Shown: positions 1 to 12,692 of the stretch, piece after piece
Layout of the letters: the number at the start of each line of letters is the position of its first letter
Numbering within the stretch: the stretch's first letter is position 1
From: Catajapyx aquilonaris
Lineage: Eukaryota
Length of the DNA: 38,623 bases
Assembly (NCBI GenBank): GCA_000934665.2
Contig: KZ538957.1
Location: 1-38,623, forward strand
Reading direction: 5' to 3'
Program-made: the position numbers and the translations under genes
The notes under the pieces: model-generated
Databases searched by the model: none
The model's input: only the letters and a program-made list of their open reading frames with translations
Told to the model about the DNA's origin: nothing

Positions 1-2
1 GG

Positions 3-55
3 CCGCAGTGGCGCTTTCCCATGTTAAACTCGCATAGACGGTGGCGCCACTGCGG
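3..55. repeat. 12-bp perfect inverted repeat at the window edge
   Basis: CCGCAGTGGCGC (3-14) / GCGCCACTGCGG (44-55). May be the centre of an element cut by the window start. Confidence 0.55.
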
Positions 56-1152
56 AATTTTTCCATGTGTCGCCGTAATAAGCCGTGGACCACTACTCCC
101 CCCCGCCCCTCGCCGTACGTTGGTACCTTACCCCCAGCAGCTCGACGAAATGAAGATGAAAGGAAAGGGTGCGGCTGGGAATTGGAGCCGGAAAACCCTG
201 GCCGGTCATTCGCCATTCCTGGATGATAAAGTGCCATCTCAGCAAAAGGGGGAGTTATGAGGCGAGAGCTCTCTCTTTCTTGCAATTTTTTTTGCACCAG
301 GGTTCCTTTCTTGTAGGGCAGGGAACAAAGATTTTTTCGCTAGTTTTATGTGAGATTGCGGGCATGATCATATGGAGGTGCTCTAATTGGTGGGGATATT
401 TAGTCATCTTTTGGATGGAGAGATTCGAGGTTGTAAATCAGATGGGCCAATAGCGGCCCGTGGGCCACAACTTACCGATCGGTGTAGAAAGTAGACAGTG
501 ACAAACTGTGATCTGATTTCTGCTCTCGTAAAGTACAGTTGAAATTTCCATTCTCGGAATGGTTCTTATACCTGGAGTCTAATCAGCGGCATTAATCAAA
601 TTGGCAGTTTGTTATGGAAGGTTCGCATGATTGGCGGCAGTAGACATCACCCCTACCAACCCCCACTATCAACCTCCAAATAAAATGGATCCAACCTTCC
701 GACAACGAAGGTTGACCATTTCTAATTTGTATTAATATACTCCTGGCCTAGTTACAAGGGCCATTAAAGGCGTACTGTAACACTACCGCATTATTCGGTA
801 ACTGACATCACAGCGAGCTTTACGTGATAACATGCAGACTTGGAACGTAGCCCATCTTGCGGATGGGAATTTTGCGTAAACATGCTCGATGCTTTTAAGT
901 GAATTAAACAACCTTCTGCAAATGCCTGTTACTCCTTTCACAACAGAAGGTTCGTGGAAAGTCCAGGTCGAATCTATAGTGTGTGAATTACGGTTGAAAT
1001 GTTGTGTATAGGTCTGCGATAGTGGCTCTCCTGGCAGCCTGTGCTGTACAGAGTGCAGGATGTAGCACACATGTGTGTCTGAGATTGCCTAGAGTGAAGA
1101 TGAAATGGCTTTTCTTTGTACCATCATATAGGCCTACGTGTTATGCACTTGT

Positions 1153-1367
1153 TGTGACGTCCCCCACTAGATGGCGGGGGTGTCTAATGGACCTGGTGGG
1201 AGGCTTGAGTTTGTATAGTCAGTCGTGATACAGGCTCGGGCGAGGCTAGTCTAATAAATCGGTTGTTGGAAACCTGTTGTATTATTGGACCACGACCCTG
1301 AGTGACCTCTCGGTGTCAGGAGTGACGACCTAGGAAGGTCAGATCTCCCAGTGTATAGATTGTCACT
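1153..1367 (+). mobile_element. Family A repeat, copy 1 (solo-LTR-like)
   Basis: Starts TGTGACGTCCCC and ends GTCAC(T), with an internal AATAAA near 1253. The core TATTATTGGACCACGACCCTGAG recurs in reverse at ~7520 and, more diverged, at ~17370 and ~37300. The repeat is certain; LTR identity is inferred from TG..CA-like ends and the polyA signal. Confidence 0.75.
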
Positions 1368-2808
1368 TTATGGCTGACTGATTTTAACCGTCATGTGCGC
1401 GGGGTAAAGGAATAAATTGGACTAAAATGGAAAGTTGTTTTTATTACAGTTAATACTGCAACTAACTGCTAACAAATAAGTAGGATACCTCTGTGAATGA
1501 AAAATTGATAGCAATAATGCCAAATAGTGCGAATCAACTGAGACACTCAGGTACAAGTTAGTATTAGGATACAGATAATTTTAGGCTAGCAATTTTTTCA
1601 AATTTCAAAGAGCTGCATGAATAGATTGGAAGTGCAAAAAAATTTATTGCCACTAAATGGTATTTGAGGACCAATTTTTAAAGACACAATGTTGAAGAAG
1701 TATACCGGTACATCCGTGCATTGTCGTGCCATACGTGACGTAAACGCTCACATTTACTGCCGCACGCTGTATATTGTGTTTTTTTTCGGTCAGGGGACGA
1801 CCAGCTTTTTCCCTTTATAGATTCACCAATGCCAGGATCACCACAAAATTTTGAGCGTCATTTTTTTTCTCTTACGCACCGCATAGGTCCAGTTGAATAG
1901 GACACGGCTGTCATAGCGTTCCCCGAATTACCGCCAAACAGTTTAGCCATTCATTTTTTTTCCCGCGTGGCTCTTTGAAGACCGCAAAAGCGCGCGGAAA
2001 TCGCACGTTAAAAAGCCATCAGAGTTGTTTTGTCACCGGATTACCAGGCCTCCCAGTTCCTCAGTCGGGCCTGGCAGATCGGGACGATTCATTCAAAACA
2101 CGGACTACCCCCTCCCCATCCCGATCCTCCCCACTCTGGCCCCCTCCACACACCCCCAGGCCCGTGGGCCAGCGTCTGTCACCCGCACGAGATGCGGCCA
2201 CTCGGATGGTTTTGTCATGTGGCGGCCAGGAGAGGCTTCGGGGCCAATGCAAAAAAATCTGCGCCATTGATCCTCACGCCCCCACAGACCTTCTCTGATC
2301 TCTGCTTATTTCGCCCTAAACTATGGTGTCCAACGCAATGTGACAAGTACATTGTCATCACGCTCAAAAATTTCTTAAACTGTCAAAATCGTGCCATTTT
2401 TTCTCATTTCACATATTTAACAAGAGCATAAGTACAGACTGGCATTCAAAAACAAACTCAAGTTGGGATTGCTGTGAGCACTTCACATGTCAACAGCTGT
2501 AAACCTCAGAGTCCCTTTGTGGCTGCTAATGAAACATTTACGCAACGGTTGTTCTTCTGTTGGCTGTCAGACTTCAAAGCGGACCTGAAATATTCACTGC
2601 ATAGGGTGCCAACTTCACATGTGCTAAGCAGGGCCCACCAATGAGAGTTTCACCGCATCTCTCCCACAGGAAAGAGAGGGTGTCTTGTGTGCATTTGTGC
2701 CATGTCACAGACTACTGCCTGAATCGGCAGGGCTCGAGTCTTCATTTGTTGATAGCCAGAATTTAATTAGGTGGTTTTTATTCGGATATAGGTATTTCGT
2801 TAAATATA

Positions 2809-2875
2809 GAGTGGAACCTCATACTTCGAACGCCTCTAATATACTTCGAGACAAATTCGATCTGGAGTTCGAACT
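2809..2875 (+). mobile_element. Possible decayed pogo/Tigger terminus
   Basis: TA|GAGTGGAACCTCATACTTCGAAC followed by repeated TTCGA. No partner TIR found. Confidence 0.25.
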
Positions 2876-5800
2876 GCGCGGGCAGTGAAGAAAATGCGCT
2901 CGCTGAGTAAACGCCATCTGTATGCGCCCAAGTCTAAATTTTGCAATATGTAGTTTAGAGCAGTCACGTTATAATCTGAGTTTTGTATTAACAAAGCTTT
3001 ATGAAATCAAACTTTACATAATCCTGTGCGTGAGATAATTCTGGAGTTATTAATTACTCTAAAAACTGGTTGTATCTGACGAGGATTTGAATAACTCTCG
3101 GGTTGATACGGATTAACGGTCCATTTTGCTGTCATACACTCTACGGATTAAGGGCAATCGTACTATACACTATGGCTGGAATGAAAGGAGCCCTTTCATA
3201 ACCTCTTAGGATCAATACACGCATTGCATAGTCGATAAAATTCGCAAATAGATAAATCAGAAAGCCGCTTCCGTTGCAGTCCATCCGTGAAATTGATTCA
3301 AATTTATTCTTAATCGGTTAATCGAGTAATTAATCATCAGTGTACCTTTCATCTGCGTGTAATAATCCGCTTACAAGCGGAGATGAGGCAGGCAAATGCC
3401 ATCAACCCGGTGGGCTTGAGGGGCGTTGGGGGTTCATGTTGCCAATCCGGAACTATAGCGAATCTCTGTCCCGGATTCCTCCTGCCTGCATGTTCTACTC
3501 GCGATTTGTTGTTCGATTCTTGCATGCAATCCCAATTAATGTTTTAATGAGTTACTCGGCTCAGCCTTTATTTATTCCACGTACAGCCTTGTTCAATCCT
3601 GTTAATTCACATTAATCGGGAACCAAGTTGGATTAAATTTTTTTACAGGAATAGTAGTCCATTATCTCTTTTTGCTTCAGAGAAGATACACCGCAAACAT
3701 TAGGACTGATCCTTTTCGAAATGGCCATACAAAATGCATGAAAGTTGCTGTGTAAACCCGACCCTTTTCTCATCCACATTACGTAATGCAATTTTCATCG
3801 GAAGTGTGTGTGAAGGACCCACCGATGAATCGATATTTGGCGAGAAGAGTGGGATATTCTCCAATGACTCCATTTTGGAAACCTAGTCTTTTCCCTTCTC
3901 CACGATAACAATTCGTCTTCCAGAATCCCAACCGGCTTGCAGTTCACGTCACCGTTGTCCGTTGTTTTTCCACCCCATCCTCGAGACGTTCCCAAATGAT
4001 AAATTGTCCGGTCCAATATCCAGAGTGTCGTGGGCCAAACTTTTGATTCCTCATTATCATTCCGTCCGGAACAAGTTCATTTCTGAAGCTATCACTGCAC
4101 CAGAAAGAAATGGGATTTTTTTTTCTTTACTCTAAACGGAAATCGGTTTTGGACTGGGATTAAAGCCAGTTTCATGCAAAAAAGGGCACGTGTCATTTGC
4201 ACTCTAAAAAAATAGAAGAAGAAAGAGAGTGGAGGATGGCAGGAAATTTCAGCCTGTTCGAAAATTGTCTCATGGGTAAAACCTTTCTTAGCCGGAGGAA
4301 GGACAGAAGGAAGAAATATTGGTCACTTAGGTCTCGTATAACCTACCTCCACTTGGTGGAGGAGGACACCTTTGGATCGTGAGCTCACTCCGAAATGAGG
4401 ATATTATTGATTGGCGTGCAAGGGTGGGCCAGGGGGTGGAAAATGTGAGGAAGAATCTTGGCCGCCACAAACAAGTCTGTGCAACCGTCCTTATCTCCTT
4501 TATGCGACGATTAGGTTCAAGTTGAAGCCATTTGACAGATCAGGTCCTCTTGGAACATCCTTAATAGGCCTGCGTGACTGCCGGGAATGAGTGTAATTTT
4601 GAGACGGTAAATATCGAGCGGTTTAAAAATCGCCTCCTCCCCAGCATTTAACCTTTCCGTGCTGGGGACTCTGCCATGAAAGAGGAGGAGGAGTAGAGGG
4701 TGGGTGTCACATAGCATTTTTTGGAGGGGGTTTTATTTTTTCTCGCAGGATGGGCCTCGGTTTGGGGGCTAGGGTTTATCGGGCTTTTGGCACCTTTCAC
4801 GATGGCAGTTTGGGGACGATTGGCTAGCTTAATGTGATTTTCGGAGTAATGGTGGCGTCTAAACGCTCAAGTGTTACCGCCTTTGTAATTTTTTGGATGG
4901 AAATTATGCGCCTTTGTTCGAGTTGTACTGTACCTTGTTGAAATTACAGATCATGGCTGCATGGTGCCGATGGATTCAAGCAAATTACTTTGCAATTATA
5001 GCTACTGATGGACTGAAAGGGAGCATGACACTCTTCAATCCAGTAGATTCGCACGCATTTTTCTGCAAGAGCTCATTGAATCCGATGAATAGGGCCCACT
5101 CTCTCCAAATTACATCATTATTTTTGCATGCTAGCAAGAGTTAACCTAATATTAGCAGTTGCTACTTTTGATAACCACTAAGTGTAACTACTCCAAAGTA
5201 ACTGATTAGTGTCAACGCAAATATATTGCTAACCACTAACCCGGTGTATAGTTACCACCCAGATTTTTTTTGCATTGAGATTGATTTTTTCCATGAAAAT
5301 TTTAATAACGGATCTAGAGAGATAAGGATCATTCTCTCCGCTAATTATCAAGGCTGACTTGTACTTAAAATGGGGTGCATCGCTAGGGCTTGTTTTATAA
5401 AGCTACGGATAATCATTCACTGCAATTAGGATAAAAATGCGTGTTATTTTTATTCCTATTCATACATGATTAGCTCTAGTTGGTACTCAACCGAGCTGTA
5501 GCAAACCAGCTCTAATGAATAATTAGCCATATACCCATACTAGGCTAGATATTATAACAGGAGTACGGCATTAGTAATCCTGTTGTAGGTTTAGTTAGTA
5601 GGTGGGATAGGTTGGACTTCTTGGCCTGTCGCAACGATTTTCAATAAATAGCCATTTTCTACAGTTTTATTAAATGATTTGCTGCCAATATTTTAATATA
5701 TTTCGAGCAAAAAGGAACTGCTGATAGAACTATTCTGATACCAGCTTTTCTCGAGGGTTACAATTACCAAATGAAAATTGCCACATGTCGCTGTTTAAAA

Positions 5801-7019
5801 CGTTAATATTTACGTCTCTCATACGCGTTGACATATCTAATGTTGAAAGCACTTGATTCGCAGAAAAATCACATCGCGTATTCCAGCAGCCCTAAAAATC
5901 CAACTTGTCAAGCCCCTCCAAAAAAAAACAAGTGCAATATAGTTTTCAGCTCACACCAATTAGTGAAATGACATGTTTGTGTGGAACCGTGCGAAAAACG
6001 TGTCAACTGCTAAGGGTACTCCACTCATTGCCCAGTTGTATTTCTGTTATTGATGCGACGCGTGAAAATTCAGGGAAACATTTAGAGCCCGAGTCTAGCC
6101 ACAGTGCTCACTGTTGCAGCCAATCCCTAGGCAGTTGTACTCGCATTGGGTCCTGTGGCTTGCATTATCCATGTTTGTACTTTTTTCATTCCCACCCCTT
6201 CCCCTCTCCCAACCAACTCCCTCTGTTGGCCTCAGTCACGCAGCAGGTGACGGGTAAAACCCTTGCTCGGAATTTTATTTCATTATCCTCAGCCTTAAAC
6301 ATATTTTTACCATTAGAGCGGTTAATATCACGGTCCGTTGTGACACACAGACCTGCTGGGGTAGTGACATAGATGACATTCAGTAAGCGCTATTCTCTCG
6401 CAAAACTCACATCTGCATAACCAGACCACCACTTTTTGTCCCCATTTTCACTATTTTTTTAAAAAAATGAATTTTTGTTCTCCCCTGGATATGAATTAAA
6501 CAATACACCAAAATGACTCTCTGTAAGGTGAAGTAACTCCCACCTGTTCACCGCATTATCATGTAATATTCAGTGAAATGGAGAGGGGCTGGGTTAGGAA
6601 ATAAAAAAAGAGCAACGTTGTGTTGAATTCCCATGTGAACGTGGCGATTTATTTATGGGGACCAAGCACGAAAATCGTGAACAAAGTTTGCTGTAAATCT
6701 ATTTTCCGGAATGGTTGGTCAACCTCAGCACGAACTCAGTGATCTCTCTTGTTCTTTTACGTGTAAGAGGGCATGTTCTGTAATCACCGTTTTCATGACA
6801 TGTGCAATATAAGGGGACGAGGGTGGGGGCCGCAGTTCATCGCTAAAACTAGGCGTACTGTATTGAGGTGATTCAGATTTATGAGATTCAAACTGCATTA
6901 GAGCATATTATCATCGAAATGTGAATGTGTAATTGTATCAGAAAAGTATAAATAAAAATAGCAATTGCCCTCTGACATTCCCCCAGGAGCTACATGGACT
7001 GTACCTTTTATTTCAACGT

Positions 7020-7022
<3 letters not shown>

Positions 7023-7100
<78 letters not shown>
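7023..7100. repeat. (AT)n microsatellite
   Basis: Uninterrupted AT dinucleotide run of ~78 bp. Confidence 0.98.
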
Positions 7101-7102
<2 letters not shown>

Positions 7103-7115
7103 TTGATAGTAGAGG

Positions 7116-7680
7116 TTGTAAGGTCTGATCATGGTCTTATAATACTAAGGTCTGGTCACTACCTCTTATCGCCTGCCGGGGCGTTTTGCACGAGACGGCC
7201 TTTCACTGCTACATTATGTGGCGACCCTACCGGACCGCGCTGAACTTAGGTAGAAGGGAAGCAGCTACATGCTTGCCCAACATGGCCGCCGGAGACCATG
7301 TTGGGTCCCCAATGTAGCGCTTCCCTTTTGTACCTATATAGTTCAGCGCGGTCCGGTAGGGTCGCCACATAATGTAGCAGTGAAAGGCCGTCTCATGGCG
7401 CTCTCAAGTGAGCATCTCATGCAAAACGCCCCGGCAGGCGATAAGATAAGATTATAAGGGTAGTGTCCGGGAGTTGGGTCTGACCCTCTCAGGCCATCCA
7501 TCCTGACCCTGCAAGGTGACTCAGGGTCGTGGTCCAATAATACACAAGTTAGAAGAAACCCATTTATTACTACCGGCCCGGAGCCAGGCCGTCCCACGAC
7601 TCAATGTCTCAACCTACCAAAGAACCCTCCTCACCAGATCCTCACCCATACGCCACTGCCCTCTCGTGAGGGGCGTCACA
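7116..7680 (-). mobile_element. Family A repeat, copy 2, interrupted by a family B insertion (7130-7476)
   Basis: 7477-7680 contains CTCAGGGTCGTGGTCCAATAATACAC..TTTATTA and ends GGGGCGTCACA, the reverse complement of the copy 1 start. TGTAAGGTCTGA at 7116 continues the alignment across the insertion. Confidence 0.75.
7130..7476 (-). mobile_element. Family B hAT-like non-autonomous element with a ~280 bp foldback core
   Basis: 8-bp TSD GGTCTGAT (7122-7129) / GGTCTGAC (7477-7484). Reverse-complement ends CAACTCCCGGACACTACCC and GCGATAAGAG..CCAGACCT..TATTATAAGACCATG match the termini of the 8688 and 13810 copies. Inverted repeat spans 7164-7446. Confidence 0.8.
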
Positions 7681-7957
7681 AGGTCAGGTAGTTATTTTCT
7701 AAAAATTTACAAGATATATGCTCTAAAATATTCCTTCACCATACTGTGCCATTTTCAGTGTTGCGTTGCAAAACTTTAAAATAATTTTTGTAATGGAAAA
7801 TATTTTGAGAAAAAAATGCGTCAGAAATGAGCGTAAACAAGGCATCTTTCCGCGCCTAATATTGCACTCAGTTATAATTGCAAGTAGGGGATTACAGATA
7901 AGGCAGGAGCTGCCCTTAAAGATTGACATGTTCATCCCCCTGACTGAAGCTAAGAAA

Positions 7958-7972
7958 GTGCCACCTAGTGGG
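7958..7972 (-). promoter_or_regulatory. Candidate CTCF binding site
   Basis: The minus strand reads CCCACTAGGTGGCAC, matching the CCASYAGRKGGCRS consensus. Motif match only. Confidence 0.45.
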
Positions 7973-8687
7973 CCTACTTTTATCCCAACCTCACACCGCA
8001 ACGAGTCTCTGCACCTCCCCAGTAATTAGAAATGCAGAAGTGTTGCCAAAAGTTTTGCAACTCGGTAATGATAAGGATGGGAAGTAAGAGAAGATAAAGG
8101 GGGCCATGAATTACTGAGGAAAAAGACCAAAGTGGCCATTATTTGTGTCATTATATTAACCCTCCTCGGTAGTAAACTATAGAGCGGGAGGCCCGTCAGG
8201 ATGAAGAGATGGAAGATGCTCTCACTTGTCTGCAGGAATTGTGAGTCCCAATAAATGTCAGCTGGCCGAGATGGAAGACGAGAGCTCATGGGTTGCTGCA
8301 GCTCTTTTTTCTCTCTCTCACACACAGTTCTCTCTACCTCCATTCCAGCCTAGGATTTTTCAGAGTGGGATCACGCCTCGCGTTATTTCCATCCCATCGC
8401 CATTTAATTGGGCGAATCCGCCGCACGACACCTTCCATTACGATAAAAATTATCAACAAACGGCCAAAGAGAGATGGCGGGAGAAGTTCCGAATTTTTTA
8501 ACAGCCTGAAGGATTGTTGTAACGAGTGCCAGTCCTTTGAACATGTTCACTATGGTGTCGTGCTAATTTAACATGTTTTGCACAGTATTGTACAACAGCG
8601 TGTTTTCATGTGACAGGAACTTTACATGCTGTCCATTAGACTGCACTGTATATTAACAACATGAGCTGTATACGAGATATACTGTAC

Positions 8688-8904
8688 TAGCCCCCGGACA
8701 CTCCTACCCCAGCCTTATGGAGACCCCCGTGAGCTTACTTGCTTTAGAATTGGCGGTTTTGGAGGGTTCGCCCTCCGCCAGGATCGCCACAGAGGTCAGC
8801 ACTACACCAGCGCCAAAGCGGAAACCCCGCTCCCTAAGGGTAACAGCTGATAAGGGCACGCGATAAGAGGGGGAGTTTCCAGACCTGTATATTACAAGAC
8901 CGTG
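8688..8904 (+). mobile_element. Family B hAT-like element, internally deleted copy
   Basis: Perfect 8-bp TSD TACTGTAC (8680-8687, 8905-8912). Left end TAGCCCCCGGACACTCCTACCCCAGCC and right end ACGCGATAAGAGGGGGAGTTTCCAGACCTGTATA..AAGACCGTG are shared with 13810-14084. Confidence 0.85.
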
Positions 8905-9307
8905 TACTGTACTATTACGGACCTCCCCCATAAGAAAATCACGTGAAAGTGTCCAGAATAACACTGCACTTATGTTGCAGAATTGTCCAATTTCATCAAA
9001 TTGGACAAAAATATCTAAGTCTATCCGACTGTTTTCAATTTTGTGGTGCCAAAGGTCGAACCCCAAGCTAGGCGGACATTGCCCACGTCATGTTTGGGAA
9101 ACTTAAAGTAATGTTGGTTTAACGGTTCCCTCGGCTTTATGTGTTGACCCAAAGGGGAGTGCTCCGGGGCAGGGGTGCAAGAGGGTAGAAAGCGACTTTT
9201 AGGGCATAAAACAAAGTGAATTGTTTATACCTCTTCTAACCCGCCGGAATTACTCGAAGATAAATACGCTCCGAGTTTGCATCGGCCCCAATGGCCTGTA
9301 AACGTTA

Positions 9308-9352
9308 GGGGTGGGGAAGTGGGGGATGGTTGGGGGGGGGGGGGGGGGGGGN
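9308..9352 (+). repeat. G-run cluster and poly-G ending in N
   Basis: GGGGTGGGGAAGTGGGGG, then ~20 G and an N. Confidence 0.85.
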
Positions 9353-11560
9353 ACCTTTGCGTGACCGGATTGGGTAGTGGACCTGGGGACTTTCCATTCG
9401 GAGACCCCTCTTTATGAGCATCACGAGCAGGGGGGTCTACTTTCTACACTTTATTCGGGGGGGGGGGGGGTTCTTATGATGTTTTCGCACACGGCTAGCT
9501 ATAGCTACTTGTCTAATAGCTTTCGGTTCCAGAATGCCTGTTTCCGGGAAGGAACCGATGATTGCTTCACGTCTTGGTTACAGAATTTCGAATGGAATTT
9601 CAAGCTTGCTCTGGGTTAACGGACGAATGTTTAGAAAATGCTTGTAAAGGAGGTGATTTGTGCATTCTATCAGGAATCGAATATTTATTTAATTATTTAG
9701 GTTGATCTTTAATCAAGGGGCATAAGGCACTTCAGGAGAGAATCCATGTATAATCGCTATAAATTATGTTTCAGCTCCAATCGCTATATTGGACTTCAGT
9801 TAGGAGTAAATTTCGGTACAGCTACACAACTAGTATTAAAGAGTAACTGACCAACTGTTACACTAGTTTGGAGAAATTTTTTGGCATGTAACTAACAAAA
9901 CAAACTCGAATTTACCGAACCTTGCATTTTAAAATCGATATATTACATGTATATGTGCAGTATATATGCTACCATAAAATCGTTAGTCATTGGATAGGTA
10001 CTGGTACTGCTTCTATCAATTCGAACATTTTTTCTCTCCGGAGAAACGCGTCAAATGGGCGCGATAAGAACAATGATCATTATTGTGATGGTCGATAGCC
10101 GTTTTTCCCCCCATTTCCCAGATCGAAAGGGCGTGACCTGTTTTCAGGGAAATTAATAACGTTGTGATGGAATTGACGAACCCCCCCCTCTCTTTCCCTT
10201 GTAAATATTTGGAAGTGCTCTTTCGGACCCGAAGCGCCGGCCCCTCGTTGATTGTGTCAGAGTTTTTGAGCGCGGCAGAAATTTTGAGCAGCATTGTAAC
10301 CGACGGCCAAGTGTGTGTTTATGAAGCGGCATTGTCGCAAAAAATACACTCCCACAAAGCCTTTGTAATAGGGAGAGGGGTAGGGGGTGGGGAGGGCTTG
10401 CACAATGACCGATCAGCATTAATTATCGCGATCAAATTTACGACAGGGATGGACTTTTGTGCTGGGGAAACAGGTGCAAGGAATGAGTCACTTAATTGGA
10501 TGTAAATAATTGACCTTCCACCCCATAAGCAAATTTGCATGCAGTTGTACCGCAATATGCGTAAGTGAAGTACGGGAGTGCAAGTTTACACGGACCAGGA
10601 TGGACCTCTATTTTTTTTTGCAAAAAATATACATAGCGTGTGTGACAGGTAGGTGGCATAGAGCTGGCCAAATAATGTGCAAAGTGGCATTCATTTAGGG
10701 AGGCTGCGTGGTCTGGTTCAGTGGACGGGGTTCGCGTTACATGGTACTCGTCAGTACTCGTCAGCAGTGGATGATTTGTATCACTGGGGGGTGGTTATAA
10801 TGAGGGGGACTCAAATGGTCTTTCCTGCCAAATTGGATCAGGTCGCCTTTCGCTACCCAAATTTTCATACACAAAAAAAAGCGTGATGTAAACGTGCTCA
10901 TGCCTGTCCATTCATTATACAGCACAACACTAGTGTATGGATTTAACACTCGGAAAATATTTTGCGCTGAGTGAAATTCACAAAAAAAGGGACGAGCTTC
11001 GCTTCTAAAGGAAATCTCATGCTAACCACTTATTCTGTAAACAATAGTGCTCATTTCCGGGGCGATATTTCGATAGGAAATCTCTGGATTGAACTATATT
11101 TGGAGCAGATAATCGAGTTTTTTTAAAACTAGTTCCGATTGCAATCGGAAGTTTAGGACACCCTTCATTTTGATCATGAACAGTTATTACCCACAATTCA
11201 AGTGGCATTACACTGAATTCATCATGGGCTACAAAGGCTCTGACGTTATTCGAATGCTCCTTACGGCGTTGGTGATAACACTCTTGACGTCCATATAAAT
11301 GGTGCTCTTAGTAGATATCGATTTTTGATACGCCATCTAAGTGAGGTAATATTTTGGCCGTCCCTTCCTTTTTGTGGCCCATCATGCTTCAGAATTATAA
11401 TTTTAGTTCTATCGAGAAATCAAGAAGTATTCGACTTTTTCCTTCCCCATTTGCGAGCTTTCCTGCCTTTATATACTGTACAATGCCAGGTGAGGACAAA
11501 AGAATTTTTGTGGTGGTATCTGTTGATCAGGCAGTTATATTTCCCCTCTCCCTGTAGCTA

Positions 11561-11694
11561 CAGTCCTTTAAACCAATGAACGATCTGACGTCACACCAGC
11601 CGTGTTTTCTGAACATGAGCAGTAGTATGCTTGCAGACATGATAGGAGGCGGGGCTGAATGTGACTTCAGAACGTTCTTTGGTTTAACGGACTG
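11561..11694. mobile_element. Small Tc1/mariner-type MITE
   Basis: TA|CAGTCCTTTAAACCAATGAACGATCTGACGTCACA-CCAGCC pairs with GGCTGAATGTGACTTCAGAACGTTCTTTGGTTTAACGGACTG|TA: ~40 bp imperfect TIRs, with TA on both sides. Confidence 0.8.
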
Positions 11695-12692
11695 TAGACT
11701 ATACTGTAACAAAATTTTTGTAATATTTTCCAGCTACAGTGGAACGAAATATAGCAGTTTCCTGTGATATTCCCTCGATTCCAGCTATTTACTACTCAGA
11801 CACTGATGGCTCTCACCACTACACAATATCATACCAGTTAATATCACCCTGAGTACCCCAGAAAAAATCACCGTCTGTCCCTCCGCAAAGGGGGCATTTA
11901 TCCTGACCATCCCCAATCCCCAACCGAAATCCCCTCCATGTCACGGAAGACACAATGTCCACGGTTAGTTTCATTCTGGGTGCCAACAGCTTCAAAATAA
12001 GAAGCCTTTTTTTTCCACCTCCCCACTCTATCTACACCCCCCAAACATATATAAAGTGTTGGTTGTCGTCATCCCCACTGCGCCATGACCTCATTCGAGC
12101 TGCAGGGGATCACTCTTTGGGAAAATTTCCGGCAGGTGCTGTGAGGGCGCCCCCACGGCTTCGATATTGCCGCTTCCGTAATGGGACCGGTGGCTAACCG
12201 AAATAAGGAGTGAGCTGAACAGAGAAAGAGAAAAGGAAACCCAAGAAAATGGGAAGTGGAGGAATAAAAAAGAAGGGTGGGGTTGAGGGAGAGAGAAGAT
12301 ACTTATTGCCTCGTCAACTCTCGGGTTGCTCTTCTCCGGGGAAATCCTAGCGTCCCACTCGACAAATACGGGCCGCGAAATTAGTTTCCCTACTTGGGAC
12401 AGGCCCCCAAAGTTTCACCAACGGAGCAGTCAAATTGAATACTTGGGGATACTGGACGAAATCGGGTGTCAACTGTCGCCACGTCAGATATGAAAGGGAA
12501 TCGAATTATAAGCGCAATTGTGTCTGGCTGGTGTTGCATGGTACTGCTGTTTAAAATGTATGCAGTTAGTGAATTATGCAAATAGTGGTGCGAGACTGTC
12601 CATAGCGGAAAAGTTCTTACTGAGCAGTTTTCCGTTTTGTGAGACCGAAATGCGCTGAAAATCCTGCGACTGAACCAAAAAATAGTAGGCTA

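Noticed and set aside
1846..2378. Inverted pair AAAATTTTGAGCGT / ACGCTCAAAAATTT as possible TIRs
   Set aside because: The symmetry does not extend and no TSD was found.
3589..5054. LFNPVNSH (3589-3612) vs LFNPVDSH (5031-5054) with synonymous-looking differences
   Set aside because: Only 8 codons with no flanking similarity, and one is followed by a stop. Expected by chance among this many ORFs.
6965..7597. Shared peptide RRPFTATLCGDPTGPR in opposite-strand ORFs, and the IYIY run
   Set aside because: Artefacts of the 7164-7446 palindrome and the (AT)n microsatellite.
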